Positions 1 through 13,572 are shown, numbered from the stretch's first letter. The stretch is 64,000 nt of DNA from Stylophora pistillata (GCF_002571385.2 NW_019217817.1:423364-487363), one strand, 5' to 3'. Notes: generated by a model from the letters alone, not told the origin. Numbers and translations: made by a program.

Positions 1-546
1 GCATGACAAGCCCCCCTTACTGTCTCTAGTAACTTGTAATGCGTACAATAAAGGCGCGGCTACGGCTGCGGAAGTCACCCAGATGGCAATAACGAGGTAG
101 CGGAAGACACGTTTGCTGATGATACGCTTCAGTGGAATCAAAATGGCAAAGAATCGATCAAAAGCGATGGCGGCTAGAGTGAGGACAGAAACGGGAACCA
201 ACATATACTGACCAAAATTCACCACCTGGCAGAAGAAGATGCCGAGCCCGCGGCTACTCATTGCCCATTCGTATCCATCGAAAATCATGACGAACAATGG
301 AGGAAAAGAAACCAGTGTGTAAAGAATGTCGGCGCATGCCATGTTCACAATCAGAAAATTGGTCACAGTGCGCATGCGGAGGCTTTGCGTGACAACGCAG
401 ATCACCAAGGTGTTGCCAAATAACGAACCAACCATAACCAAGGATGACAAGACTGCTTGGATGATCTGGATTGACATGTTTAAAGAGGGAGCACTCGTTG
501 GTTCATCGCCAGGAGGACTTTGCACCAATATACTTGAGTTATTCAT
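1..546 (-). CDS. Rhodopsin-class (class A) GPCR, neuropeptide-receptor-like; N-terminus to ECL2, truncated by the window edge
   Basis: Manual minus-strand translation from ATG at 546: MNNSS...SLFGNTLVICVV (TM1 GN)..MRTVTNFLIVNMACADIL (TM2)..FFCQVVNFGQY..SVLTLAAIAFDRFFAILIPL (TM3, DRF)..IAIWVTSAAVAAPLL (TM4). A splice acceptor (TTTCCTATAG) lies 4 nt upstream of the ATG, implying a 5'UTR intron. Not in the ORF track because there is no stop within the window. Confidence 0.93.
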   Translation of the reverse strand, partial: MNNSSILVQSPPGDEPTSAPSLNMSIQIIQAVLSSLVMVGSLFGNTLVICVVTQSLRMRTVTNFLIVNMACADILYTLVSFPPLFVMIFDGYEWAMSSRGLGIFFCQVVNFGQYMLVPVSVLTLAAIAFDRFFAILIPLKRIISKRVFRYLVIAIWVTSAAVAAPLLYALQVTRDSKGGLSC

Positions 547-3500
547 TTTCCTATAGGAAAAACTTTTGAAGTTAAAAAATTAAACATTTTGATACAAAAC
601 GTTAAATTATAATTGAATTTGTCTTTCTTTCCGCTTTCAGTATTTGTTTGTTTTTTTTTTTTTGCATCACTCGTAATCGTTGACATAAACTTTTACAATT
701 TACAATTTCTTGACGTGGCCATGAGAACTAAATGATTTATAAGTTCATTATTGATAGCTCCTTTTTTTTTTACATTTCGCAATGTTTCTACATGAACTAT
801 GGCCATCCATCACTGCGAAGTGTTGAAGATCTACTTAAACTGCTATTAGAAAAAATGGGGCGTCAGTTTTTGCAATTTGGTTCCATTTATGCTCCTTATA
901 TTGATGTACAATTGTAATGTGATGGGTACAAAGTAACAAATATGGGTGCGACGATGCCACATCCAAAGAAAAGATGTTTTATCCAAATACCATTTAAATT
1001 TCATAGATATTCCTCATCTGGTAACGTGTTGAAAATAGCAATCATTTTAAAAGATTCACCCTATTTTTTTTCTTTTATTTTTTCTTTTCTTTTTCATTTC
1101 TAAAAAATTATGTTCACATCTGCCTCCATTAGTGATAATAGTTCTTTTAGTTAAATTTCGACTTAAAAGTTTGACATATAAATTATTCATGATGTATTTT
1201 GTTTGTGGAAATTTTTAAAGAAACTCTTATAAGCAATACAACAAGATGCAAATCTTAGGAGATCAAAGTGCAAACAGATGGATCAAAACGATTTTCAATC
1301 CGTAATCAAACTCTCTACTGATTTGCATTTTTTGGATCAATCTTTTTTTTTTTTTGCGAAGTTAAAATTCCCTCATGACTACGCGGGAAAGAAAAATGGC
1401 CAATAATCGTAAAGAGTAGTATTTTTTCAATTTTCAATGTAAATTGCTTTCCCCAGAATTTATAGCCAGAAATGTTTAAAACTGAGCCCTCGAGTTTGCC
1501 CAAACAGGGCTTAAAAAGATCAAATATTAATTTTACCATGAGTAATTGCACCTGACTCAAGTTGAACCTCACCTGATGATACCACCAGATATTCATATAT
1601 GCTTCATGCGCGCATGAAGCCCCATTCTAAGAAAAAATGGTAGTAACACCACTGGAAATTTCACATTTGTGTAACCGTTCAAGTTATCGGAATTTCTTTT
1701 TCCGTTTAGTTCGAGTTTAGTAAACAGAATTTGTGGCTGATTGTAAGGGTTTCCTTTCGGAAAATAACTTTGTTCAGTTTACAGTTCCATTGTTTTAGAT
1801 GGTTGTGCAAGCTTCCGGAAAAGTGTTAATGTTGTGTTAAGTCTCTATGACAAATATGCTGCTATGTCTAAGTGGATTGGAAACAGAAATAGTTAATTTT
1901 CCTTATTCTAAGAAAACAGAGGAAATGAAGTAAAATAATCAGTTCAAAAGCCAATTTCTCTCGTTTTCCTTTAAGTTAAAAAAGTCCAATTGTCAGTTTG
2001 TCAGAAATTGCGATGGGCGGATTTTCTACAAAACACTCCTTGTATCAGTAACTGAAGTCTCTCGCTAAGTTCACCCTACTCACCTTTAAGCATTTTCACG
2101 ATGTGAAGGATCATATATTTTTATGCACCCAGCGAGATTGATTAATTTTTGTTCTACTTTGGAGAGCTGCTGGATGTAATTTCCTTAACAAAAATGAAAA
2201 CAAAGATCCTTTTTTAAACCGAAAAATAACAGCTGTGTTGTTATGCTAATTTTCAAGTATGGTTGAAATATTATACTAATTTATTGGATGAAGCTTTTCA
2301 CATTTCACATGAAAGAACACAAAAGATGACCTTGATTTATATTTAAATCTGTGACCGAATCATACTTTATTTCTATATCACGTTAATAAGAGCTGCGAAA
2401 ATTGCCATGAATGTCCCTGTGAGAAAGAGAGATGGACGTAGATTAAAGCTAGTCTTTTAGTATGTATAAGCCGTTATTAGAAGATTAGATCGTCAAAATT
2501 TGAAAGACACCTTGCATCATACTTTTTCATATCGTTTCCCTAAGGTTAATGAAAAAGCGTAAAAGAAATGTTAATGGTTGTCAAAGGTCAGCTCGGAAGG
2601 CTTTAATTCGTCTGTTGTCTTTTGAGCTTGTTCGACAGCTTTTTCCCTTTTCAATCAACTTAATTATACTGTACTCTCTTTTACTGATAACGTGAATAAA
2701 AAGTTAACAACATATTTTGTTGGTGGAATTAAGAAGCAAATATATTAAGAATATAGTTTGACACCCAAATTGAGAATTTCCTTTTATTAGGAATCCTTAA
2801 AAAAGTGTTTCTACCTACTTCGATTTCTTTCCGAGATCTTCAGAGTATATGCTCCGAACCTTTGCATAGTGATCAGAGATTTGGCGTTTTAAACGTAAAT
2901 AGATCATCAGGAGGAGGAAGCTCCGTGCGTTTATTTTTTTCTGAAATTTGCTGAAGATAACTTTTGGAAAAAAACCATAATCGAACTGAGCTGATAAAAG
3001 GTTTTCTTTGAACTATTTCTGGTAGAATAAAATACCTTACTGAACATCCAAAAAACTACTTAACTGTTCTCTTTTGTGAAGCGATATGGATCCGAAGCCT
3101 TTGCCACAAGCGAATGAGGAAGAGAACCTCTAGATTTCCTAACCAGTTTCCACTTCCGAGTTGATGTACTTAGTGTTTTATAAAATACTTATGATACTTG
3201 CCCTCTTGTGATTCTTTATCAAATAAAACTTCAGATTATTTTTCTCCCGGGTAGCCACCTTTATCTTACGATTTCAGTATCCCTTCTTGTTACTCTTTAG
3301 CATAGAACCTCTTAAGCTGGAGATGCTCTGTATATATAATTATTTATGTCGTAAAATAAACACGTTTATGTCAAATACTTTCGTTTTCTTGTTTGCATTA
3401 TCACTTCGAAAGTTTGTAGATATGGACGGAAATAAGACTAACTAAAATTTCATATTCATCGTAAATGGATCTGTGTGTGCATAACATAATATAGACAAAT

Positions 3501-4818
3501 AGTTGTTATTGATATTTTCATCTTATTGGTTTTACATGTTTTCCTTTTTTTTTTTGTTATCAATGTCAGCGCACGGTTACCTACTCAACCCAAAATGTTT
3601 TTACCTTTATCAAATGGTGTCTAGTTTACATTGGATTTATTTCCAGTGTCATATATTTGTCAACAGGGGATTGAGATAAACTGAATGAAACTGACCCATG
3701 TTTACAAAATAGGAAATGGCAACTACAGCTCGCACAGAATATTTGATTAAATAGAGACATTAAAAACAAAAGTGCTTAGTCGCCCTCAACTCAATCATTC
3801 CCTCTCTTAACCATGAAAATCAGTCTGTTCCGAAGTCTTACCAAAGACAAGAACAAAACATCGACAACTGGTACACTGAAAGGCTTAAATAAATATTCAT
3901 GGCCACGTATCGTGAAAAGAAAAGTTTTTTTTCTCTTTCCATCTCAGATGGTTTAAATAATTAATTTACTAGACGCCTTAGCTGCTATTCATATGATTTG
4001 CATGTAAACGCAAACTCGATTTTTCTTCGCTTGTTTTTGGCTCTTATCCGAAACCAGGTATTTTAAACGTTCGAAAAAGTGACGTTTTTCGATACCATTG
4101 TTTCAAACCATAATATTCCATGTGTCCAGTATTTTTTAACGTTGTTCGAATTTCAATATTTGAATGGAGGTTTTATTTTCAAAATTTGAAAAAAAATGCA
4201 TTGACACTGCAAAATTTTTATTCTTACCAGTCTGTGAAAAATTTTTTAGTAGAACGTGCCTAGAGAATCCGGTTGCATTTGAAGAAAAGTCAGCTTGATA
4301 AATAGTGATTTATACCAATTTGAACTGGGCCTCAAATTACACGACAGAGACAAAGGGAACTATTTTGACTGGGCCAGTCTGCCTTGTCATTTGGAAGTCT
4401 CCTCTATAAAACTAATCATTATAGATGTCAAATCTCAAAAGAGTGATCTGGATATTATTATTTTTAGTTTACTTTGCAAATCCTTAAGGATCCGTACACT
4501 TTTTCTTTGAAATAACCATGAAGGACATTTCCGGTCACTCAGTAACCCTTACTCCTCCACAAAGAGTTCTTGACCAATTTTTAATTGGCCAGTTTGGTGA
4601 GAGATGTAGAGGTAGTTGTCTAATCTAAGCAATTACGGATTAAAATGGGGACTCAGCCGCCATCCTGACTATGGAAAGATATAATTATAATGTTCTTGTC
4701 AATAAAGGACAGGCCAGGGTAGGATGAAGCAAAAGTAAATATCACGAAAGTAAGTTCTACCAAATAGCATCAAAACAATCTCACTTCCTGAGTTGATAAT
4801 GCCTAAGTAATTTTACCA

Positions 4819-4832
4819 GTTACCATGGCAAC
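4819..4832. promoter_or_regulatory. RFX X-box motif GTTACCATGGCAAC
   Basis: Near-palindromic match to the X-box consensus GTNRCC-N(0-3)-RGYAAC, upstream of the GPCR. Function untested. Confidence 0.4.
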
Positions 4833-4843
4833 AATTCCGGAGT

Positions 4844-4848
<5 letters not shown>

Positions 4849-4874
<26 letters not shown>
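4849..4874. repeat. (CT)n microsatellite
   Basis: Direct reading of the sequence. Confidence 0.95.
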
Positions 4875-7800
4875 TTGAAATATAGCTATTTCGCTAAAAC
4901 ACGCAATATGTTTTCAATCTTTTGTAATTTCTAATTATAAGCTACTTTTTCTTTTCACCGAGATCTTTTTTTACAACACAGATATGATATTTTCTTACTT
5001 TCTTTTTCCCTGTAAAAATTATTGTTTAAAGGTGCTATGTATAATAAATGCACTGAGCCCTTCAAATGACCACGTCGTCAGATATCAGGGTTTTTTTAAC
5101 GACCTTAATACACTGATTTAGGTTGAATGGAATATTTCCATGGTTCCTCTCAGATCAGATTGTAAAGAAACATACGTAATCGTTGATAGACAGATAAGAA
5201 TCGAAGTGACGGCAGGAAGTCTTTTCTAGAGCCAGAGAACAGTTCTTTTTAAATTTATTTGGTTGCTTTCAATTTGATCTTCCTGAACTCTCCCTTGAGA
5301 CAGCTAAGATAAATATCATGCTACAGGGTTTAGGTATTATATGAGTCGTAATCAGTTCTCATATTTGCTTACACTCGTGCATGTCGTCGTGGAGACTTTA
5401 AAACTGAACATTGCGCCTCAAAGGTTTAACATGAGAATGCTTTCGACAGTTGAAATGACATCTGGAGTCTTTTCAAAGTGTAGACAATTGTTTGCTGTCT
5501 GAAAACTGAGTTTCGTTGGGAAAGATTTTTGAATAAATATTATGGCGCAAGTATTACTGCCGTTTCACGCACGTATAGTCTAAGATAAATCTCTGACCGG
5601 GCTTCAATCTTTGATCATTCGCTAATCTTAAAGTATTATCATGGTTGGTACTATTTCTTAACCCTTCCTAAAACCAAGATATTAATAAAAATACCGGGGT
5701 AGCATTTTAATATCTTAAAAAAGAGAAATTTCAAGCCATTTGGGAGAGATTAGGCTAATGTTTGCTTTAGTAAGGCAGTCTAAAGACGTACATAGGACCC
5801 TGATGTTGCTCTTCCTCGAGATTAAGCCAAACAGTTTCCACTCACGTTCTTCGCAATCGTCCCCTCAAAAAAGGTATCTGTTCAGTATTAAGTGCTTATA
5901 AAAAAGAAAAAAGAACAAATTCAAATCCTCTAAAAATCACAAAAAGAAATCTCCAGACCAATTTTTTGTGTTAATGAAGCCTTTGCCCATCGACACCATT
6001 TTAAAAAGTGTTAAACATGTATGCTGTTTGTGATTCTAGGATTCCTTGTAAACAAAAAGGATACAATATCATTATTGTAACTTAGGTACCACTTGCAGTT
6101 TAAATGCAATCGAAAAAGATAACGCCATTCCTATTTCTTACCTTGATAATTGTAGCTTAGCTAGGTAAGAATCAAAGTTTACTTCAGTCCTGATAGAGTT
6201 TTCGCTTGCCGCAGAAGTCTCACCGCATTGTCCGGTTTTAAAAAGGCTTTGTTATTGTTACTCTCCTCTCGAACAAATTTTTTTTAGTTGTTTATCGATG
6301 CTTGGATCACTTTTTGATCTATGTAAAACCAGTTAATTGATTTCGGCTTTTTAAATAAAAGCTTTTCCAATGACAGTACAGCCGATAACGTGGTCAGTTT
6401 TATTGTTTATTCAGAGTTCTTAATTCGACCTACGTGCTTGACATTAGGCTAGGCCTGCTTGGCTGTGTTCAAATTTACACTTGCCGAGAAAGATTTACTT
6501 GCCTGCTATGATCAAATCTGATAAAACTGTGAATTGCTACTCCGTTTTAAGCATCAATATCATCCCAAGTTCATTAAACGAAAGTTAGCAAACTGAAATA
6601 GACTTGTCGATATTATTTCCGTGATTTGAGTTCTTATTTGGGATAATAAAAGACTTCTGTGTATTTGGTGTGACACAGATCACAAAACCACCCAAATCCA
6701 TTAGGTACCATATAAGAAGAGGAAAATTACATTAATGAAATCCATTTAAAACCATTTACACCATGGTAAATGGTAAAATTCTGAATTGATTTTATTGAAA
6801 TCAAAGCTGGTTTCATCTACCAAAGCACCCGACTTTTGAGTCAGTTTAAAGCTTTACGGAATTCTGTTCTAAAAAAAAAAAAAAGCATTTTCTGTCACTA
6901 AGTTCTTTAGATTTATTTAAAGATCCTTTTGGATATTAGTTCAAAGCTGTCTGGGAAAGGCTTTCTCCATGCTAAACGGCCAGTATTTGATTATTCAGAG
7001 ATTTCTTTGATGTGTACGGTTTTGATTTTCAAGATAAAATACTCAATTTTCAATTTTTTGTTCTCGTCATTAAAACTAAAAGCTCTGTCCTGATCTTTTA
7101 TGAGAAGAATTCCATTCTCCTTTGATTTATCTTTCAGCTTGAACTCATTTGTTTTAGCATAAATCCCAAAACATTGACCTTAATGGAGAACCGCGGCTAT
7201 CTCAGATAAAACGTCGCTCAAGTTCTCTTAAAGATTCGCTTGTCTTCATCAAGTCTTGGCGTTGAAGTTTCCAAAACTCCTCTTGACTTTTTGGCGACAA
7301 ACTAGATTCATCGTGTAAGAGCCTGATTAGTCTACAAATACTAAGTGGTAAGCGCTAGATTATGGTGAAATCACGTAACGACACTTTCGACGTACTTATG
7401 CGCCTTCTTTGTCATCAACAACGTTACTCCCTTGTTTTGTGGTCTAGGATACGATAAGTTGAAAAGACGCGGCGAAACATTCAACTCGTGTAATGACAAT
7501 TAAGCCACATAGAGAAAGGAGATCGATTTGATTACTTCCCAGAACTCTTTTGTTTCCGCTAATGATGTAGCATACGACTGGCTAGACTCTGAATTCCTCA
7601 TGATGTCCGCTTCGCGCACATCATGAACTGATATGAAATTGTTAAAACAGATATCATTTATAAAGGACTCTACCTAAACGGTTGATCGCTTGTTTAACAG
7701 AAAAAACCCTCTCATTAAAAACCTGCAAGCTGATGGATGGCGTGAGATGGACGCTTTAATGAAGGAAGAATAAAAAAGTCGAGGTTCAGTTCGTATTTCA

Positions 7801-8442
7801 GCAAAATACTAGCTTAGGCTTTAATCGTTCTTAGGTTTGACATGTTTTCAGAGTGATAAGTTGACTGTCTGAGTCAGCGGTTTTCCCATACTACGTAAAG
7901 CTCGCTCCAACGACGAGAAGAGCAAATATAACCCCATGTAATGTTACGTGCGGATCCAGCCAGGATGTGAAAAAGACCAAGCGACTCTAGCAAACTTTAA
8001 ATATGGCAAGCTTTAATTCAACTACATCTCATTTTTACTGAAGTTGCCGCTTTTGAATAAACTCCCGCTGTCTATAAAATATTAAGTCCTGCAATATGAA
8101 AAGAAAGACGGCTTCCTGACCCTAGTGAATCAAAGGATTAGAAGCTACTGAAATGAGCAACGTGTGTCCTGGAAAACCGCATCCTATTCTAATGAAGTTT
8201 TCGGCGCTTTTGAATAAACTCGGGCTGTTCATGAAATCCCAGTGTTTTGAATATTTAAAGAAAGAGCTCCCTGGGTTTAGTTGTTTAAAGGGCTGAAAGT
8301 GTATCGTATCCTGGGTTTAGTTGTTTAAACGGCTGAAGTGAGCAACGTGTGGGTTTTATCGAAAAAAATCGCGAAAAAAAAAACACACTTCTCACAAGTT
8401 TAAGGCGATTCTGGCAATTAACTGAAAACTGACTTAATTTTT

Positions 8443-8840
8443 TTATTTAGACGCATTAACAAATGGTAAAGACAACAGCGTACAACATGAGTTATGGATG
8501 CACGCGGGAGGTTGCTAAGCCCGAAAGAAGCGTGAGATTCGCGCGAGGCGATAGCCGAGAGCGACTCTAGCTTCTTTCGGGCTTAGCAGACCTCCCAAGT
8601 GCATCCATAACTCAATAGTGTACGCTGTGGTGTTTCCCATTTGTTTTATAACATAACACTGTTACATAGTAGCAAAAGATTTTTCTTTTATTTAACAAAT
8701 CTTACGTGACCAGAAAAAACAAGCGCGCGCGGAAAAATAGTCTTTGCATTTGCTCACGCCAGCAGCGTACACTCATGGGCAAATGGTGGACGCTGAATTG
8801 ACCAATTAGAGCGCGCGCTTTACTTTGGTTATGTTATAAA
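8443..8840. mobile_element. Non-autonomous interspersed element with a long internal palindrome (copy 1)
   Basis: Hairpin arms ...gagttatggatgcac..ggagg ttgctaagc..gaaagaagc / gcttcttt..gcttagca..cctccc..gtgcatccataactc...; shares the 3' end (catgggcaaatgg..ccaat..agag..atgttataaa) with the copy at 27463-28040. Confidence 0.8.
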
Positions 8841-9208
8841 TACATTTCAGATACTTTTGTATAGAAAAACCAATAACTCTAATTTTGCAATTTTTGCTGG
8901 AGAAGGGAAGAGGACCATCTTAACTCACTTTCACGAGTAAGCTTCAGCTGACCTTTACACTGAATAAGGGGCAAAACGTTGATATTGTATCTGTAATGAA
9001 ATACCATGGCAGACCATATGACATGTCTTCGCTTCCTATAAGTTCATGTGTCACTGCAAACGAGTTTTTAATGACTCTGAGTGGGTTGCTGAATGAATTT
9101 ATTCCGTTAATTAAGACTTAAATTACACGATATCTCGACTACTGATCCGAGCACGTGGAACACTCTCTGGTACTCTAACGAGCATGCTCACTCATTTGCA
9201 TTTGCACG

Positions 9209-9425
9209 GAGGCAGTGTGGCCGAGGGGTTAGAGTGTCGGACTCGTAACCGCCGCTCCCGGGTTCGAGTCCCACCCTGACCACTGGATTTGTTTCACGGT
9301 AGCCCCGAGTTCAGATCCTTGGCCACGCTTGTAAATAGCCAACTGGTTTGCCTTCGGCCGGTTGGGGTTCTTAATGATGTTCTTAATGATGTTATGTTCA
9401 ATTTAGACCATTTGTTTCATTTGTT
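9209..9425 (+). mobile_element. tRNA-derived SINE (family A)
   Basis: Pol III A-box (tggccgaggggttag) and B-box (ggttcgagtccc), followed by a non-tRNA body (gcttgtaaatagccaactggtttgcc); no 3' acceptor stem. Confidence 0.8.
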
Positions 9426-9528
9426 TGCAAGGACCACAATGGAAACTACTGGTTCACCAGTAATTGTGTAATCCTATAAAAAGACTTTTTTTTTTTTTTT
9501 TTTTAATAGAGCCCTGGAACATAACATC

Positions 9529-9568
9529 NNNNNNNNNNNNNNNNNNNNNNNNNNNNNNNNNNNNNNNN
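9529..9568. other. Assembly gap (run of N)
   Basis: 40 N characters. A single N also occurs at 16010. Confidence 0.99.
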
Positions 9569-9935
9569 AATGCATCTCATTACAGAGTTCATTAGTCAAA
9601 TGTTCTCCGTGTCGTACATCCGAACGTGTAAATTTAAACGATTCATTGAAACACTTAAAAATTATTGTCAGTTTCGCTCTGTGATGCTTTTAAGCTTACA
9701 GTCAAACTGAAGCAATTCGGTGGATGGAATCCTGGCCATGGAATCACGGAATAAAAGTAACATATGAAAAGCGTACCCCTAAAGCTAAAGGTTTCAGACA
9801 AAAATGCATCGCTAATCAGAGCAGTGTTTATTAAAAATAGCATCATTTAGTTTAACCCGCACTTAATGAGAGTCGAAGGAGTCATTTTCTTGCTTTCGCG
9901 TTCTTGGATCCAAACTAAGCTATTTTGTGTGAGTA

Positions 9936-10239
9936 AGGTAAAGTCTGTTTACGAGCCTAGTGGCCCATCAGGCCGGTGCTTAACTCTGGTTTCTGTAGAA
10001 TGAAGCGACTAAGAGTATTTCTACTCCCCCCTGGGTGGGATGCTAGTCCATCGCAGGGTTACCCCCCAGCATTAATTTTGCCGGTACTCATTTATAATTA
10101 AACACCTGTGTGAAGAGAGGCACTGTGAGAGTAAAGTGTCTTGCCTAAGAACACAACACAATGTCCCCGGCCGGGGCTCGAACCCGGACCACTCGATCCG
10201 GAGTCGAGCGCACTAACCATGAGGCCACCTCGCCTCCAC
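9936..10239 (-). mobile_element. tRNA-derived CORE-like SINE (family B), full length with 14-bp TSD
   Basis: Minus strand: A-box TGGCCTCATGGTTAG, B-box GGTTCGAGCCC, CORE-like TTCTTAGGCAAGACACTTTACTCTCACAGTGCCTC. TSD attttgtgtgagta at 9922-9935 and 10240-10253. Confidence 0.9.
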
Positions 10240-10326
10240 ATTTTGTGTGAGTATTGAGACTGAAAATGAGAATTCCGATAGTCACTTCCCAGTGAGTGCC
10301 AACTCGATCATACATCATAACTACAA

Positions 10327-10850
10327 ATTTATACTCCCAACCTTCCTTCAAAATTACTCACTTAACCAGTAAAAATAAACCCAAATATCCAATATCTTTT
10401 TGCAAAGAAAAAAGAAGATTAAATCAAGAACCTACCTAAATTGTAGTAAGGATAGCGCACAGATAACATTGATCATTAGACAGCTAATGGCTTCCTAAAC
10501 CGCTTAGCTTTACTATGCGTGGCCCCTGTAATATTGAAATCAATTCGACAGCTGCAAGAGGAAATGAAGAAAAAAAGCCATTATACTCCCAATTTATACT
10601 CCCAACCTTCCGTCAAAATTACTCACTTAACCAGTAAAAATAAACCCAAATAATCAATATCTTTTTTCAAGAAAAAAGACGATTAAATCAAGAACCTACC
10701 TAAATTGCAGTAAGGATAGCGCACGGATAACATTGATCATTAGACAGCTAATGGCTTCCTAAACCGCTTAGCTTTACTATGCGTGGCCCCTGTAATATTG
10801 AAATCAATTCGACAGCTGCAAGAGGAAATGAAGAAAAAAAAGCCATTATA
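10327..10850. repeat. Near-identical tandem duplication, about 264-bp unit x2
   Basis: Units start aatttatactcccaaccttcc at 10327 and 10591; both end gaagaaaaaaa(a)gccattata. Confidence 0.92.
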
Positions 10851-11558
10851 GCTTGCGTTATTGTTAACTGTTTGTTATTCAAGAAACACCTTAACTGGCC
10901 AACCAACATTCCTAATGAGCACACTGGCTTCAATAGTGTCAATTGCAGATAGAGAAGCTGCTTGCCTAAGAAAATGATTGGCAGCCGGTTTGTTAGTCGA
11001 CACTTACTTTAGAGCAACAAAAAAGAAGCATAATTTTGTTTAGATCAATACTATTTTTAAGGACGCTAGTCAAGTTGGTAGGCTGCAGTGCTCAATTTTG
11101 TTTTCGCTAAATATTAAAAACGAACTGGTCATAATTTGTACCTTATTTCTACAGTTGCTCTCATAATAATTCTACTTTTTTACAATTTTTCAATATTTTT
11201 TTTTGTAATTTTCAGTAAATCAATGTTCAACATACAAACTGTCCTCAAAGGAAATTTGGATCTTTCTCTCGTACTCTTGACTAATGTTTGAACTCTATCC
11301 CTAACCCAATTTTTTTTCAGTTTTTTGCTTTTATTTTTGTCCCCTCGTTGATGGGACTATTTTTCCATGTCTGAACAAGTCAATGAAGTCTCTATAGCTC
11401 CTATTATTCAAGTTTGTACCTCAAACTTTGAGACTTCGCAAACACATTTGCATTGTGTCTTGTGTCTTCGCCACAACCGAAATATAACCCAACACTTTTT
11501 TGTTTGAGTACAAGAGAAGCTCAACGCCTTTAATTGATATCTTCTTCTATCTAAATCT

Positions 11559-11841
11559 ATGGGAGGCGCGATGGCTCGGGTGGTCTGGGTTCGAGCCCTG
11601 GCCGGGGACATTGTGTTGTGTTCTTGGACGAGACACTTTATTCTCTCAGTGCCCTTCCTCACCCAGCTGCAGGTGTATAAATGGATACCAGCGAATTCAA
11701 TGCTGGGGGTAGCCCTGCGATGGACTAGCATTCCATCCAAGGTGGAGTAGAAATAATCCTAGTCGCACTTCATGCTACGGAAACGGCGGGATTTAAACAC
11801 TTGCCCGATGGGCCACTTGTCTCGTAAAAAGGCCTTATCTA
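11559..11841 (+). mobile_element. tRNA-derived CORE-like SINE (family B), deletion in the tRNA head, 11-bp TSD
   Basis: Homologous to the reverse complement of 9936-10239. TSD tatctaaatct at 11548-11558 and 11842-11852. Confidence 0.88.
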
Positions 11842-13572
11842 TATCTAAATCTCTGATCTAAAAGCATTTCATATCTCCCTATAAAATAGGCCTTCCCTGC
11901 GCATGCCCAATGAATCAATATACTATTATATGTTTCCTTTAAGCAGATGTAATTATGACAAACTAAACATAGCACAAGCCTTCAGTTTTATTCAACACTT
12001 TGTATAGGAAAATTCGCACGCATTGAACACATTTCAATTTTTCTTTAAGATGTTCCTGGCGTGTGTTGAATGAAATGAACCTGTCTTGCATGTGTTGTTT
12101 TGTTCGTTAAACTATCAACACCGACACCCGTCTTTCTGTAAAGGGATTAATACGTGCAATCCAAAACTATGACGTCATGCCTTCAGAGAGCCCTTGTTTG
12201 AGGTCAAAGATGGCGATTCTAGAGCCAACATGACTGACTTAAAAGAACATATTACGAGCGCGTTGATGTATTCTTAAAAGGTGAGATGAACTTATGTTGT
12301 CTTGTTTCCTTCAAGCGAGTAAACAGCTTGGTATTTTTACAGGGGTACAACTACCCTTGCTGGGAAGGTCATTTTTGTGAAGTTCTGATTTTTATCCTCT
12401 GACTTATTGATATCAATTTTCGTTAGTGCCTTAACTTTGGATAGATACCCATCTTGTCGTTTCTTTACCTACATTTCCTTGATAAACATTAATAGCTCTA
12501 TTCAATTCTTAAGCTTTATTTCTTACCGTACGTAACTTTAGGGCACCCGACGTGATTTCCTGTGGTTATATTGTTTATTGAGAACTCAACCTGCACTTTT
12601 TACATACATGCAAGTTCGTTCCTTTTACTCCGCACAAGATGTCCTTAATGCTTTACAAAAAAATACTAATCTTTCACTATTTGAGTGTTCTTATGGAATC
12701 GCTTGGAACGCCGTTAGCTTATAAGGAAACATAGTTACGATTTTTACAAGAACTACATCCTCTTCACCTTTCTTCCCCTTCAACACAAACTTTGCCTTAT
12801 CCTCACGCGAGAATCCCTGTTCGACTCGTTCTACTATAATTTTTCTCCAAGACCGGCATATTTGTGAGAAATTACAAAATTTTAGGACTATCATATAATG
12901 CGCCAACAACCAACCCAATTAAGAAACTGCGCGCCATAACCAATACACATTGTTCCCAAATATGGAGTTCTAAAGGCCTAAATAGTACGTACTCCCCTTA
13001 CCGAAATTGGCGGAAAAGGGGGGAGGGTAAAGTTGTGACTGAACTACATGATAACAAACAGAGCCTTTACTCTAACGAAACAAAAAGTGGGTAAAGGTCT
13101 GAAAGATGATAGAGGTACTTCTAGATAAGCGATTGGTTTTGTAAAAGCCGATTAAACTAGCCTCCGAGGCAGGGTTTTTTCAAGGTTTCTCCAAAATGAT
13201 GGGTAAGTTAATCGAATAACAGACATTTAAGTTCCTTAGCCGCCTACGACCCACTTTGTAGAACCACAGCAAAAAAAAATCACTTATTAGTCCCAGTCAG
13301 CTAGACTGCATTAACGCACCGGTTTGCGCATTACCGGTGAATCTCTCAGAGTTGCAGTTAGGATATCTCAAAGATAGCCATCACGCGTCCGCAACGTTTC
13401 TAATATGTCTTAACCTAGTACTCTCTTGAATGTTCTTAAAAAAAAACCAACTAATTCAATTTTATTTACAGTTATGGTGTTTTTTTCTCTATCGTTCTCT
13501 TTCACTTTCTCTCCCTTTCTCTCATTTCTACTTCATTAAGGTGGAGGGATCTAAAGAAGGCACTCTCCAGCC

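Noticed and set aside
326-556. Plus-strand 76-aa ORF
   Set aside because: Antisense shadow of the GPCR coding sequence.
7205-7325. Short coding-looking minus-strand frame (DESSLSPKSQEEFWKLQRQDL..)
   Set aside because: Under 45 codons, with no recognisable homology or linked exons.
9209-9280. tRNA genes (also at 10170-10236, 15885-15950 and 33790-33860)
   Set aside because: A and B boxes are present but the cloverleaf is incomplete and repeat bodies follow; these are SINE heads.
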